NCBI RefSeq assembly: GCF_036365525.1
Contig: NC_090380.1
Span: 82,407,658 to 82,471,657, forward strand
Length of the DNA stretch: 64,000 nt
From: Heterodontus francisci
Taxonomy: Eukaryota
Direction of reading: 5' to 3'
The notes beneath the pieces are model-generated. The model did no database searches, was not told where the DNA came from, and was given only the letters and a program-made list of their open reading frames with translations. Position numbers and translations under genes: made by a program. The first letter of the stretch is position 1. Every line of letters begins with the position of its first letter. Below are positions 23,118 through 35,800 of this stretch, one piece after another.

Positions 23118-24711
23118 TCCTCTGGTGCCATGCTGCTTCTTCTCCTTCAAGTCTCTCTCTCATGTGATCGCTTACATCATCATAAGCAAGGTGTTACTCA
23201 CACTGTCCCAGACAAACCCTTTAGCACAATAGCAGTTAATATTTTATGGATGATATGTTAAATTGCATGCACCCCCCCCCCCTCCACCCCCACCAAACCT
23301 CAGGAGATGTAAGGGTGCAACAGCACTATTTAAAAAGGGCAAGTAGGTTCTTCTGGTGTCCTGGACAACATTTATCCCTCAACCAACATCACAAAAGTGC
23401 TGATTGTCTGGTCATTTACCTTCATTAGTTCTGACACACTTCGGAATATCCTCAGCTCGTGAAAGGCGCTATATAAATGCCAGTTCTTTCTTCCTTTCTA
23501 TGACTATAAATAATCGCAATCTTGGCCTTTGAAACAATTACACATGTAGGCATCACTTTCAGCTTTACTCACCAATAAATGATTAATCAAATGCAAAATG
23601 AAGTTGATGGTATATACTTCAATACACAATCAGAATAGGCTCAGCCAACCAAAGATTACCTGAATGGTCATGTGAGACAAACTTTCCTGTTTGTATGCTG
23701 TCAGTGCAGATATTCGGAAATTCACATCAGTTCATAATGTTCTATCCATTAATTGTAGTCCATTTAGTTAAACTTAATTTTAACAGTTGGAACATTTTGG
23801 GTTGTATTTTTCTGATATACATTCCACGTGAGGGGTGGGGAGCACAAGTGGAAAAAGCAGCCCAATGACTAAACAACCAGTCTCTGTGCTTTTACTTAAA
23901 GGTAAGCACAAGATTTTGTGATGGTATCCTCTGTTAAGGGATACTGAGTGTCAGTTTCTCCTTTCAAATGTTTTTAAAACGTGGGGTATAGTTCATTTTA
24001 CAGCAGATCGTGCATGGTCTTTGTTTAAGGAAAGGGTTAGAAGGCCACATGGTGTTTTTACATGCCATATATTATCTTCTTAGCTGCATCCCCAATCAGC
24101 CAATCATAGAGCATCATTATCAGTGAAGATGGAGAAGTCCCTGGTGGTGAAGGCTGTCCTTTTCTGGTTGAAGCTGAACACTTGACTGGGGAAATTATAT
24201 ACAGTTATCGTAATGGATAATGTGAGTGCCTTTTAACTGTTTTCAAAATTAAACTCTTTTTAATTTTCAAAAGAGGTTCCATGACTTTACATGAACTATG
24301 GTCTTTGTTATATAGCATATTATGCAGAGTTATTCCAAACAGAATAAAAGTATGCCAATACGTAAAAGAATACAGCGATGAATAACTTACAACAACGTAA
24401 TGTTATAAACAGCAACATAGTGGAAATGTTCTGTATAATAAATGCAAGGAAAACATTTTAAGCTCCCTGAACATATCACCCAGAATTAGCAAAGTAAGAA
24501 CTCCAAGAAAGTTAAGTGTAGGAGTGTGCATCAAATTGGCGTATTCGTTCTGATTCCGTTACGCATTCCTCTTGATAGCTTATGCGAGGTAGTGCACAAA
24601 ATGGCCACAGAGAAACACCACAGCCCAGCTGCAGAACAGCAGTTACAATTGAGAAGACAGATAACAAAACAGAATCATAAAATAGCATTTTTTTAAAAAA
24701 TTGATGTCATT

Positions 24712-24875
24712 TCAACCTTCTGAAAAAGTATTTTCATATACAACCAATGGAATATGTCGAATAAAACTATAGTTAGAATTTGAATTTCGATTAGAGTGCT
24801 GACATTCTGAGGCAGTCGTTTCTTTTCTTGATCCAGCGACAAAATTAACATAGATCTGAATGTCTTCAGAATCAA
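24712..24875 (-). CDS. probable terminal cytoplasmic exon of the IgSF receptor (VDSEDIQIYVNF...SNYSFI...VVYENTFSEG*)
   Basis: Strong acceptor tttttctttcattttag|TT, phase 1 matching the TM donor. 54 aa with three tyrosine motifs, then a stop, then AT-rich unique 3'UTR-like sequence. Linkage to the TM exon is inferred. Confidence 0.6.
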
Positions 24876-25883
24876 CTAAAATGAAAGAAAAATTGACTAA
24901 AAGTAAATTGCTGTCATTTAATTCATTCTGTGATATAAATACAACAAAAGAACATAAAATCTCAGAGGAATCAGTATCAATGCTCTGAATGAATGTTGTA
25001 AAACCCAAAGCAAACTGACACGGAAAGCAGATTTTATCATTTTGTATGAGTGTATGAAGTTTGCCATCTGCTAATGAGACTCTTGTTCTGTCATTGCTAG
25101 CAAAACCATCACTCAGTTTTAGTCACTTGAAAAATTACTCAGCTAAGGCAACAAGAACAGTCTTTCAAGAAGAGTTTTTCAAATTCCTTTTTAAATTTGT
25201 AGCTGCCTGTCAATTAATTGTTTTAAGAAGAGTGTTGTAATTATTTGTTTCACAGTCCTGAGCCATATAATGTAAGAATAGTCACAAATCAATACTATAT
25301 GTTGTATGATTCACAGAGATCTATACTCTTGGAGGTTTACATGTGATTGGTTGCCTTTCTTTGGATGCTGGGAAGGTTAGGTAGACTCAACAATTTGTGT
25401 ATGGTCTGAGGAAGGAATAGCTTAATGAGTGAATGGTCAATTTGTTTCATATCTTTTTAATAATTATTGCCGAACAAACTCATTTCTTCCTGTCAAGTGT
25501 ATACTTCTCACTTGGTTTTATGTTCTTTCTGCACCAGTATGCAACATCCTCAAATTAAATGTTGTACCTGAGCGAATGTGCTTATACTGAACTCTACAAG
25601 AAGTTTTGTCGTGTAAACTGTATCTGTACCTGTACTGCACCCAGTATGACGGTGGAGAATAGCAGAAGTGACCTTATCGATGTAGCAATTCACAGGTACA
25701 GTGAAGAATATCCCCTGCTAACAGTGTCAGCCAAAAGCTGGGCTAAATCCAATGTCAATATAAACTTAAATTTTTGACTCTGAATGTGTCTTTGTGTAAA
25801 GTAATTACAGCTCTAGGTTAAATTGCCAGGATATTTTGGGAGACAGTCTAATGCGAATAGTTAATGATACAATCTGAAACATT

Positions 25884-28430
25884 GGGCCGAATTTTAACAG
25901 GCTGTTTTAGATGGTGCGGTCGGGTGTGGGGGGGGGGGGTGTGGGGGGGTGCATTAAGTAGGGATGGAAGGTGTTGGACAAGAAGTCTGATGTTGTGACG
26001 TCCCTTCCACATTTTATTGTCGGCAGCCAACATGGAGGGCGGGCTTCACACATTCATGAGGTGGGAAGCCAATTAAGGTACTTAACATCCCAATACACTG
26101 CAATTTCAGTGTTTCAAAACTTTCTGATGGCACACAGGAACCATGGGACTTCAGGGCCTCGCCTGGTGAAAGGAGGTGACAGTGTTGGCTTCACTGGGAA
26201 GCCATTGGGTGAGGCAGCATTGCTTGGCAGGAAAGGTGGAGGAGGAGGGGATCATCGGGAAGCACTGTAAGGAGTGGGGGCTAATGTGGCAGAATTGTGG
26301 GGAGCCATACCAGGGTGGCATCAGGGAAGTGCCACCTCATCAGAGGTCATAAGAAAGGAGAGGGAGGAGGGTCTGTTTGATCTGAAGGCCTTGCACTTAA
26401 AGAGAGGCAACCTCACATGGGCCTCATTCACCCTGGCTTCGAGGCTGCCATGAAGGAGGAGCAGCAGCAAAGAGGGAGGGAGGAGCATGAACTGGCAAGG
26501 GCAGCAGTGCAGTCTTGAGGCTCACAGGAAGGTCAGCTTCAGCCACTGAAGGCTAGAGAAGGATGCAGAGGGGCCTGCCAGCTGGTTCCAGCACTCAGAA
26601 GAAGTTACCCTCCAGAGAGGGACTACTGGCTGAGGCTCGGCTACCTGCAGATGTCCAAGCGGCAGTGTCTCCGAAGACTCTGCCTCTCCAGGGGGGCTGT
26701 CACTGATCAGTGGGCCATGATTTAGGACCAGCTGAGGCCCATGGGACTTGTTGGCTACCCAATGCCTGTAGCGCTGAAAGTCACCATGTCACTGAACGTC
26801 CAGACCACTGGATCATTCCAGGGATCCACTGGAGATATGTGTGGGATCTCTCAGTCTGCAGCAAGGAGGTCACCAATGACTTGTTCAGGACAGCCAGTGA
26901 ATATCTGTGCTTCCGCACTGATTCAAACAGTCAAGCTGAGAGGGTGATAGGAATTGGGCCCATTGCTGGATTCCCCCAGGTGCAGGGGGTCATCAACTGC
27001 ATGCATGTGGCCTTCAAGGTTCCCACAGACCAGCCTGCTGCCTTCCTTAACTGGACAGGCTTCCAATCCCTCAACATACAATTGGTCTGCAGGTGTGTGC
27101 ACGATACATGGGAAGCAGCCACAACGCCGACAGGCTAAGGCAGTTCCAGGTGTCAGAACTTTCCCCCCGCACGCCCCCTTGGGGATGGATCCTAGGAGAC
27201 AAGGGCTACCCACTGAGAACATTTTCTGGGGACAGGAGCATACTGGTAATGTTACTGGATTAGTAATCCAGAGATCCAGACTAATGCTTTGGAGACATGT
27301 GTTCAAATCCTACCATGGCAGCTGGGGGAATTTAAATTCAATTAATTAATAAATCTGGAATAAAATGTTAGTCACATTAATAATGATCATGAAAATACCG
27401 GATTTTTGTAAAACAACAATCTTGTTCACTAATGTCCTTTAGGGAAGGAAATCTGCCGTCCTTACCTGGTCTGGCCTACATGTAACTCCAGATCAACAGC
27501 AATATGATTGACTCTTAACTGCCCTCTGATATGGCCTAGCAAACCACTCAGTTGTAGGTAGCTCACCACCACTTTCTCAAGGGCAATTAAGGATGGGCAA
27601 TAAATGCTGTCCTTGCCAGTGACACTCACATCACAAAAATAAATTTTTAAAAACATGGCTACTGATGCCTGAGAGGAACCCATATACGCATGCAGAGGAA
27701 AAAAGGTACAATATTTGCTTTGGATCAACCAGACCGATCATCAAGCAGGCCATTGGTCTCCTAAAGATGAGATTTAGGTGCCTAAATTGATCTGATGGAG
27801 ACCCTTGGTGAGGGTTCGTGTATTGTGGTGGTTTGCTGTGCACTGCACAACCTGGCTGTACAGAGGAGGGAGGAGTTAACCAGTAAGAATATGGTGGAGT
27901 GAGATGCCTCCTCCGATGACAAGGATGCGGAGGATGTTGCCCAGGCAGTGCCAGATGAAGGGCCCCAGGCACAGCAGGAAAGGCGCCATGAGATATAGCA
28001 CAAGGAAGGTAGAAGATGCCCTTATATATTCACAATTCCTTTGAGCCTTACCGTTAAGCAGCCCTGTTGTTGCCTTCTTCCTTCTGTTATGAAGCACCCA
28101 GGTGCACCTCACAGACTGGTAAGGCTGAAGAATTGAACTCTCAGGGCTTGCTCCCTTGCTTCCAGCCCCTTGGGTGGAAGGATTCAAATTAATTACCAAA
28201 GGGCATCAACAACAGAAAGGAGATGTGCTGAATTAATACCATTATTTTATTGCACATCACAACCAATGCACGACTACCCATTTCTATTGCATCTTCACCT
28301 GTGATCCTCTAAGTGAATCAAAGTGCTCTTGTTACATTTTTTAGGGTGCACCTACCTGGTGCTCCTCCTGCGCTGTCAGCTGAGGTGGAGACCAGCTGCT
28401 GATCTTGATGCCCACTGGCTTGGGATGACA
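25884..28430 (+). mobile_element. degraded Harbinger transposon, left part with DDE transposase remnant
   Basis: TIR-like GGGCCGAATTTTA; IAGFPQVQGVINCMHV...GFQSLNIQLVC and [11 protein letters not shown] (HARBI1-like motifs). Confidence 0.8.
27240..27650 (+). mobile_element. SacSINE1/DeuSINE-type tRNA-derived SINE
   Basis: B-box GTTCAAATCC; central tcctttagggaaggaaatctgccgtccttacc domain; tail gggcaattaaggatgggcaataaatgc. Confidence 0.75.
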
Positions 28431-28431
28431 T

Positions 28432-29836
28432 TATTATTCGTTTATGGGATGTGGGCATCACTGGCTAGGCCAGCATTTATTACCCATCCCTAATTGCCCT
28501 GAACTGCTGCAGTCCATGTTAGGTAAGTACACCCATAGTGCTGTTAAGAAGGGAGTTCCAGGATTTTGACCCAGCGACAGTGAAGGAACGGCGATATTGT
28601 TCCAAGTCAGGATGGTGTGTGGCTTGGAGGGGAACTTGCAAGTGGTGATGTTCCCATGCATCTGCTGCCCTTGTCCTTCTAAGTGGTAAAGGTCGCAGGT
28701 TTGGAATGTGCTGTCTAAGGAGCCTTGGTGAGTTGCTGCAGTGCATCTTGTAGATGGTACACACTGCTGCCACTGTGTCGGTGGTGAAGGGAGTGAATGT
28801 GGAAGGTGGTAGATGGGTGCTAATCAAGCGGGCTGTTTTGTCCTGGATGGTGTCGAGCTTCTTGAGTGTTGTTGGAGCTGCACCCATCCAGGCAACTGGA
28901 GACTATCTCATCACACATCTGATTTGTGCCTTGTAGATGGTGGACAGACTTTGGGGAGTCAGGAGGTGAGTTACTCACTGCAGGATTCCTAGCCTCTGAC
29001 CTGATCTTGTAGCCACTGTATTTATATGGCTACTCCAGTTCAGTTTCTGGTCAATGATAACCTCCAGGATGTTGATAGTGGGAGATTCAGCGATGGTAAT
29101 GCCTTTGAATTTCAAGGGGAGATGGTTAGATTCTCTCTTGTTGGAGATGGTCATTGTCTGGCACTTGTGTGGCACGAATGTTACTTGCCACGTACCAGTC
29201 CAAGCCTGGATATTGTCCAGGTCTTGCTGCATTTCTACACAGACTGCTTCAGTATCTGGGGAGTCGCAAATGGTGCTGAACATTGCGCAAACATCAGCGA
29301 ACATCCCCACTTCTGACCTTATGATTGAAGGAAGGTCATTGATGAAGCAGCTGAAGATGGCTGGGCCTAGGACACTACCCTGAGGAACTCCTGCAGTGAT
29401 GTTCTGGAGCTCAGATGATTGACCTCCAACAACCACAACCATCTTCCTTTGCGCTAGGTATGACTCCACCCAGTGGAGGGTTTCCCCCCTGTTTCCCATT
29501 GACTTCAGTTTTGCTAGAGGTCCTTGATGCCATACTCGGTCAAATGCTGCCTTGATGTCAAGGGCAGTGACTCGCACCTCACTTCTTGTGTTCAGCTTTT
29601 TTGTCCATGTTTGAACCAAGGCTGTAATGAGGTCAGGAGCTGAGTGGCCCTGGCGGAACCCAAACTGAGCGTCAGTGAACAGGTTATTGCTAAGCAAGTT
29701 CCGCTTGATAGCACTGTCAATAACACCTTCCATCACTTTACTGATGATTGAGAGCAGACTGATAGGGCAGTAATTGGCTGGATTGAATTTGTCCTGCTTT
29801 TTGTGAACGGGACATACCTGGGCAATTTTCCACATT
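28432..29836 (-). mobile_element. CR1/L2-group LINE 3' portion (RT + 3'UTR)
   Basis: NYCPISLLS, QFGFRQG, LDIKAAFDRV, GVPQGSVLGP, FAD; 3' tail shared with the SINE at 27240-27650. Confidence 0.9.
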
Positions 29837-32800
29837 GACACCCGTCCTCTGGCTGCCTAAGACCTGGAGGGTCCAGACACACTGAGGGCCTCCTGCAAAA
29901 GTGCAGGAACAGCAGGCAACATTCAGGCAGGGAGTCTGGAACTGCAGGCAACATTCAGGCAGGGAGTCTTGAACTGCAGGCAACATTCAGGCAGGGGGTC
30001 TTGAACTGCAGGCAACAATCAGGCAGGTGGTCTGGAACTGCAGGCAACAATCAGGCAGGGGGTCTGGAACTGCAGGCAACAATCAGGCAGGGAGTCTGGA
30101 ACTGCAGGCAACAATCAGGCAGGGAGTCTTGAACTGCAGGCAACAATCAGGCAGGGGGTCTGGAACTGCAGGCAACAATCAGGCAGGGAGTCTGGAACTG
30201 CAGGCAACAATCAGGCAGGGAGTCTTGACATGCAGGCAACAATCGGGCAGGGAGTCTGGAACTGCAGGCGACATTCAGGCACGGGGTCTGGAACTGCAGG
30301 CAACAATCGGGCAGGGGGTGAGGAACTGCAAGCAACATTCAGTCAGGGAGTCTGCAACACCAGGAAACATTCAGTCAGGGGCTCTGGAACACCAGACAAC
30401 ATTCAGTCAGGGGCTCTGGAACACCTGGCAACATTCAGTCAGGGGCTCTGGAACACCAGGAAACAGTCAGGGGCTCTGGAACACCAGACAATATTCAGCC
30501 AGGGACTCTGGAACACCAGGCAACATTCAGTCAGGGGCTCTGGAACACCAGACAAAATTCAGTCAGGGGCTCTGGAATACCAGACAACATTCATTCAGGG
30601 GCTCTGGAACACCAGGATACAATCAGGGGCTCTGGAACACCAGACAATATTCAGTCAGGGGCTCTGGAACACCAGCAAACATTCAGTCAGGGGCTCTGGA
30701 ACACCTAACAACATTCAGTCAGGGGCTCTGGAACACCTGACAACATTCAGTCAGGGGCTCTGGAACACCAGGCAACATTCAGTCAGGGGCTTTGGAACAC
30801 CAGACAACATTCAGTCAGGGGCTCTGGAACACCAGACAAAATTCAGTCAGGGGCTCTGGAAAACCGGGCAACATTCAGTCAGGGGCTCTGGAACACCTGG
30901 CAACATTCAGTCAGGGGCTCTGGAACACCAGCAAACATTCAGTCAGGGGCTCTGGAACACCAGACAACATTCAATCAGGGGCTCTGGAACACCGGAAAAC
31001 ATTCAGTCAGGGGCTCTGGAACATCAGGCAACATTCAGTCAGGGGCTCTGGAACACCAGCAAACATTCAGTCAGGGGCTCTGGAACACAAGGCAACATTC
31101 AGTCAGGGGCTCTGGAACACCAGCAAACATTCAGTCAGGGGCTTTGGAACACCTGACAACATTCTGTCAGGGGCTTTGGAACACCAGGCAACATTCAGTC
31201 AGGGGCTTTGGAACACCAGACAACATTCAGGCTGGGGTTCTGGAACATCAGGAAACATTCAGTCAGGGGCTCTGGAACACCAGGCAACATTCAGGCTGGG
31301 GTTCTGGAACACCAGGAAACATTCAGTCAGGGGCTCTGGAATACCAGACAACATTCAGTCAGGGGCTTTGGAACACCAGACAACATTCAGTCAGGGGCTT
31401 TGGAACACCAGACAACATTCAGTCAGGGGCTTTGGAACACCAGACAACATTCAGTCAGGGGCTTTGGAACACCAGGCAACATTCAGTCAGGGGCTTTGGA
31501 ATACCAGGCAACATTCAGTCAGGGGCTTCGGAACACCAGGCAACATTCGGTCAGCGGCTTTGCAACACCAGACAACATTCAGTCAGGGGCTCTGGAACAC
31601 CAGGCAACATTCAGTCAGGGGCTTTGGAACACCAGACAACATTCAGTCAGGGGCTTTGGAACACCAGGCAACATTCAGTCAGGGGCTTTGGAACAACAGG
31701 CAACATTCAGTCAGGGGCTTTGGAACACCAGACAACATTCAGTCAGGGGCTTTGGAACACAAGACAACATTCAGTCAGGGGCTCTGGAACACCAGGCAAC
31801 ATTCAGTCAGGGGCTTTGGAACACCACAACATTCAGTCAGGGGCTTTGGAACAACAGGCAACATTCAGTCAGGGGCTTTGGAACACCAGACAATGTTCAG
31901 TCAGGGGCTTTGGAACACAAGACAACATTAAGGCAGGGGCTTTGGAACAACAGACAACATTAAGGCAGGGGCTTTGGAACAACAGGCAACATTCAGTCAG
32001 GGGCTTTGGAACACCAGACAACATTCAGTCAGGGGCTTTGGAACACAAGACAACATTAAGGCAGGGGCTTTGGAACAACAGACAACATTCAGTCAGGGGC
32101 TCTGGAACACCAGGCAACATTCTGTCAGGGGCTCTGGAACACCAGGCATCATTCCGTCAGGGGCTCTGGAACACCAGACAACATTCAGTCAGGGGCTCTG
32201 GAATACGAGGCAACATTCAGTCAGGGGCTCTGGAACACCAGGAAACAATCAGGGGCTCTGGAACACCAGACAATATTCAGTCAGTGGCTCTGGAACACCA
32301 GCAAACATTCAGTCAGGGGCTCTGGAACACCTAACAACATTCAGTCAGGGGCTCTGGAACACCTGACAACATTCAGTCAGGGGCTATGGAACACCAGGCA
32401 ACATTCAGTCAGGGGCTTTGGAACACCAGACAACATTCAGTCAGGGGCTCTGGAACACCAGACAAAATTCAGTCAGGGGCTCTGGAAAACCGGGCAACAT
32501 TCAGCCAGGGGCTCTGGAACACCTGACAACATTCAGTCAGGGGCTCTGGAACACCAACAAACATTCAGTCAGGGGCTCTGGAACACCAGACAACATTCAG
32601 TCAGGGGCTCTGGAACACCGGAAAACATTCAGTCAGGGGCTCTGGAACATCAGGCAACATTCAGTCAGGGGCTCTGGAACACCAGGAAACATTCAGTCAG
32701 GGGCTCTGGAACACAAGGCAACATTCAGTCAGGGGCTCTGGAACACCAGCAAACATTCAGTCAGGGGCTTTGGAACACCTGACAACATTCAGTCAGGGGC

Positions 32801-35800
32801 TTTGGAACACCAGGCAACATTCAGTCAGGGGCTTTGGAACACCAGACAACATTCAGGCTGGGGTTCTGGAACATCAGGAAACATTCAGTCAGGGGCTCTG
32901 GAACACCAGGCAACATTCAGGCTGGGGTTCTGGAACACCAGGAAACATTCAGTCAGGGGCTCTGGAATACCAGACAACATTCAGTCAGGGGCTTTGGAAC
33001 ACCAGACAACATTCAGTCAGGGGCTTTGGAACACCAGACAACATTCATTCAGGGGCTTTGGAACACCAGACAACATTCAGTCAGGGGCTTTGGAACACCA
33101 GGCAACATTCAGTCAGGGGCTTTGGAATACCAGGCAACATTCAGTCAGGGGCTTCGGAACAACAGGCAACATTCAGTCAGCGGCTTTGCAACACCAGACA
33201 ACATTCAGTCAGGGGCTCTGGAACACCAGGCAACATTCACAGGGGCTTTGGAACACCAGACAACATTCAGTCAGGGGCTTTGGAACACCAGGCAACATTC
33301 AGTCAGGGGCTTTGGAACAACAGGCAACATTCAGTCAGGGGCTTTGGAACACCAGACAACATTCAGTCAGGGGCTTTGGAACACAAGACAACATTCAGTC
33401 AGGGGCTCAGGAACACCAGGCAACATTCAGTCAGGGGCTTTGGAACACCAGACAACATTCAGTCAGGGGCTTTGGAACAACTGGCAACATTCAGTCAGGG
33501 GCTTTGGAACACCAGACAACATTCAGTCAGGGGCTTTGGAACACAAGACAACATTAAGGCAGGGGCTTTGGAACAACAGACAACATTCAGTCACGGGCTC
33601 TGGAACACCAGGCAACATTCTGTCAGGGGCTCTGGAACACCAGGCAACATTCCGTCAGGGGCTTTGGAACACCAGACAACATTCAGTCAGGGGCTTTGGA
33701 ACACAAGACAACATTAAGGCAGGGGCTTTGGAACAACAGGCAACATTCAGTCAGGGGCTTTGGAACACCAGACAACATTCAGTCAGGGGCTTTGGAACAC
33801 AAGACAACATTAAGGCAGGGGCTTTGGAACAACAGACAACATTCAGTCAGGGGCTCTAGAACACCAGGCAACATTCAGTCAGGGGCTCTGGAACACCAGG
33901 AAACATTCAGTCAGGGGCTCTGGAACACAAGGCAACATTCAGTCAGGGGCTCTGGAACACCAGCAAACATTCAGTCAGGGGCTTTGGAACACCTGACAAC
34001 ATTCAGTCAGGGGCTCTGGAACACAAGGCAACATTCAGTCAGGGGCTCTGGAACACCAGCAAACATTCAGTCAGGGGCTTTGGAACACCTGACAACATTC
34101 AGTCAGGGGCTTTGGAACACCAGGCAACATTCAGTCAGGGGCTTTGGAACACCAGACAACATTCAGGCTGGGGTTCTGGAACATCAGGAAACATTCAGTC
34201 AGGGGCTCTGGAACACCAGGCAACATTCAGGCTGGGGTTCTGGAACACCAGGAAACATTCAGTCAGGGGCTCTGGAATACCAGACAACATTCAGTCAGGG
34301 GCTTTGGAACACCAGACAACATTCAGTCAGGGGCTTTGGAACACCAGACAACATTCATTCAGGGGCTTTGGAACACCAGACAACATTCAGTCAGGGGCTT
34401 TGGAACACCAGGCAACATTCAGTCAGGGGCTTTGGAATACCAGGCAACATTCAGTCAGGGGCTTCGGAACAACAGGCAACATTCAGTCAGCGGCTTTGCA
34501 ACACCAGACAACATTCAGTCAGGGGCTCTGGAACACCAGGCAACATTCACAGGGGCTTTGGAACACCAGACAACATTCAGTCAGGGGCTTTGGAACACCA
34601 GGCAACATTCAGTCAGGGGCTTTGGAACAACAGGCAACATTCAGTCAGGGGCTTTGGAACACCAGACAACATTCAGTCAGGGGCTTTGGAACACAAGACA
34701 ACATTCAGTCAGGGGCTCAGGAACACCAGGCAACATTCAGTCAGGGGCTTTGGAACACCAGACAACATTCAGTCAGGGGCTTTGGAACAACTGGCAACAT
34801 TCAGTCAGGGGCTTTGGAACACCAGACAACATTCAGTCAGGGGCTTTGGAACACAAGACAACATTAAGGCAGGGGCTTTGGAACAACAGACAACATTCAG
34901 TCACGGGCTCTGGAACACCAGGCAACATTCTGTCAGGGGCTCTGGAACACCAGGCAACATTCCGTCAGGGGCTTTGGAACACCAGACAACATTCAGTCAG
35001 GGGCTTTGGAACACAAGACAACATTAAGGCAGGGGCTTTGGAACAACAGGCAACATTCAGTCAGGGGCTTTGGAACACCAGACAACATTCAGTCAGGGGC
35101 TTTGGAACACAAGACAACATTAAGGCAGGGGCTTTGGAACAACAGACAACATTCAGTCAGGGGCTCTAGAACACCAGGCAACATTCTGTCAGGGGCTCTG
35201 GAACACCAGGCATCATTCCGTCAGGGGCTCTGGAACACCAGACAACATTCAGTCAGGGGCTCTGGAATACGAGGCAACATTCAGTCAGGGGCTCTGGAAC
35301 ACCAGACAACATTCAGGCAGGGACTCTGAAACACCAGACAACATTCAGGCAAGGGCTCTGGAACATCAGGAAACATTCAGTCAGGGGCTCTGGAACACCA
35401 GGCAACATTCAGTCAGGGGCTCTGGAACATCAGGAAACATTCAGTCAGGGGCTCTGGAACACCAGGCAACATTCAGGCTGGGGTTCTGGAACACCAGGCA
35501 ACATTCAGTCAGGGGCTCTGGAACACCAGGAAACATTCAGTCAGTGGCTCTGGAACACAAGGCAACATTCAGTCAGGGGCTCTGGAACATCAGGAAATAT
35601 TCAGTCAGGGGCTCTGGAACACCAGGCAACATTCAGGCTGGGGTTCTGGAACACCAGGAAACATTCAGTCAGGGGCTCTGGAACACCGGACAACATTCAG
35701 GCAGGGGCTCTGGAATACCAGACAACATTCAGTCAGGGGCTTTGGAACACAAGACAACATTCAGGCAGGGGCTTTGGAACACCAGACAACATTCAGTCAG

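Larger units (their letters stand above)
22716..23228 (-). mobile_element. 5' LTR of the Gypsy element (with Penelope fragment inserted)
   Basis: On the minus strand begins TG, ends CA immediately before TGG, and has AATAAA at ~22788. Confidence 0.6.

Noticed and set aside
23573-23671. Signal-peptide-like MTIQVIFGWLSLF on the minus strand with nearby donors
   Set aside because: In-frame TGA after 13 codons and no compatible downstream exon identified.
25568-25674. Possible extra cytoplasmic exon (…VQYRYRYSLHDKTSCRVQYKHIRS, donor CAG|gtacaa)
   Set aside because: The donor is plausible, but the phase-1 acceptors are weak or ambiguous; not supportable without transcripts.
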